Below, one piece after another: positions 63,741-64,000 of a stretch of DNA of 64,000 nucleotides. Made by a program: the position numbers and the translations under genes. Positions within the stretch are counted from its first letter, which is position 1. Each line of letters opens with the position of its first letter. The DNA lies in the sequence record MZ475893.1; one strand, given 5' to 3'. The notes beneath the pieces are model-generated. The model did no database searches, was not told where the DNA came from, and saw nothing but the letters and a program-made list of their open reading frames with translations.

Positions 63741-64000
63741 TTAAGCTGAATCGCCGGCAGCAACAGGAAGCATCAGACGCATACCACGGTTGTCTTTACC
63801 GTTAGCGTTCATACCCTGATACACGGTCTTATCAGCAGCTTTCAGCGGGTTCAGTTGCACCTGAGAGCCAGAAGACAGCACGTCGGCAGAGGTGTAGCCC
63901 AGCATGTCCAGTGTAGCGAAGTACACGTAACGCTGAGTGTTAATCATCTGCGGGAACAGCACGATAGCGCGGTTACCTTCGGCAATCATAACCTGTTGCA
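63741..64000 (-). CDS. Structural protein, partial (5' end beyond the window), paralog of 62550..63722
   Basis: The frame stays open to the window edge (QQVMIAEG...); shares C-terminal motifs with the downstream gene. Confidence 0.7.
   Translation of the reverse strand, partial: QQVMIAEGNRAIVLFPQMINTQRYVYFATLDMLGYTSADVLSSGSQVQLNPLKAADKTVYQGMNANGKDNRGMRLMLPVAAGDSA

Overview
This is the virion morphogenesis region of a large lytic myovirus (jumbo-phage-like, about 50% GC), and essentially all genes are on the minus strand. In transcription order (right to left) it carries fibre/structural paralogs, a 1397-aa virion protein, an acidic head-type protein, an NAD+-dependent DNA ligase, a GT2-TPR glycosyltransferase, the prohead protease, an HExxH protein, an acidic Cys-rich scaffold, a decoration-like protein and the major capsid protein. 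Next come the tail terminator, sheath, tube, tube-like and hub-assembly proteins, tape measure with a muramidase domain, baseplate hub and spike, then a non-structural island (Nudix, MmcB-like nuclease, dTMP kinase). After that are PAAR, gp25-, gp6- and gp7-like wedges, a tail-collar fibre, four collagen-like fibres (one ending in a Hint domain) and further fibre-associated paralogs. From memory the organisation resembles the Alexandra/Yoloswag/Dickeya JA-type enterobacterial jumbo myoviruses; this is inference and has not been checked against a database. The most striking unexplained element is a ~1 kb gene-free gap (24869-25924) packed with nested hairpins whose G-U wobbles point to a large structured RNA on the + strand, antisense to everything else. 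Other notable signals are a Hint autoprocessing domain on a collagen fibre, a recurring S-x-S(-A) candidate head-protease motif, a shared ~65-aa domain in four scattered proteins, and a GCTAATTT candidate late-promoter motif. No tRNA, rRNA, CRISPR array, integrase, portal or terminase was recognised. All family calls are by-eye motif recognition, without database searches.
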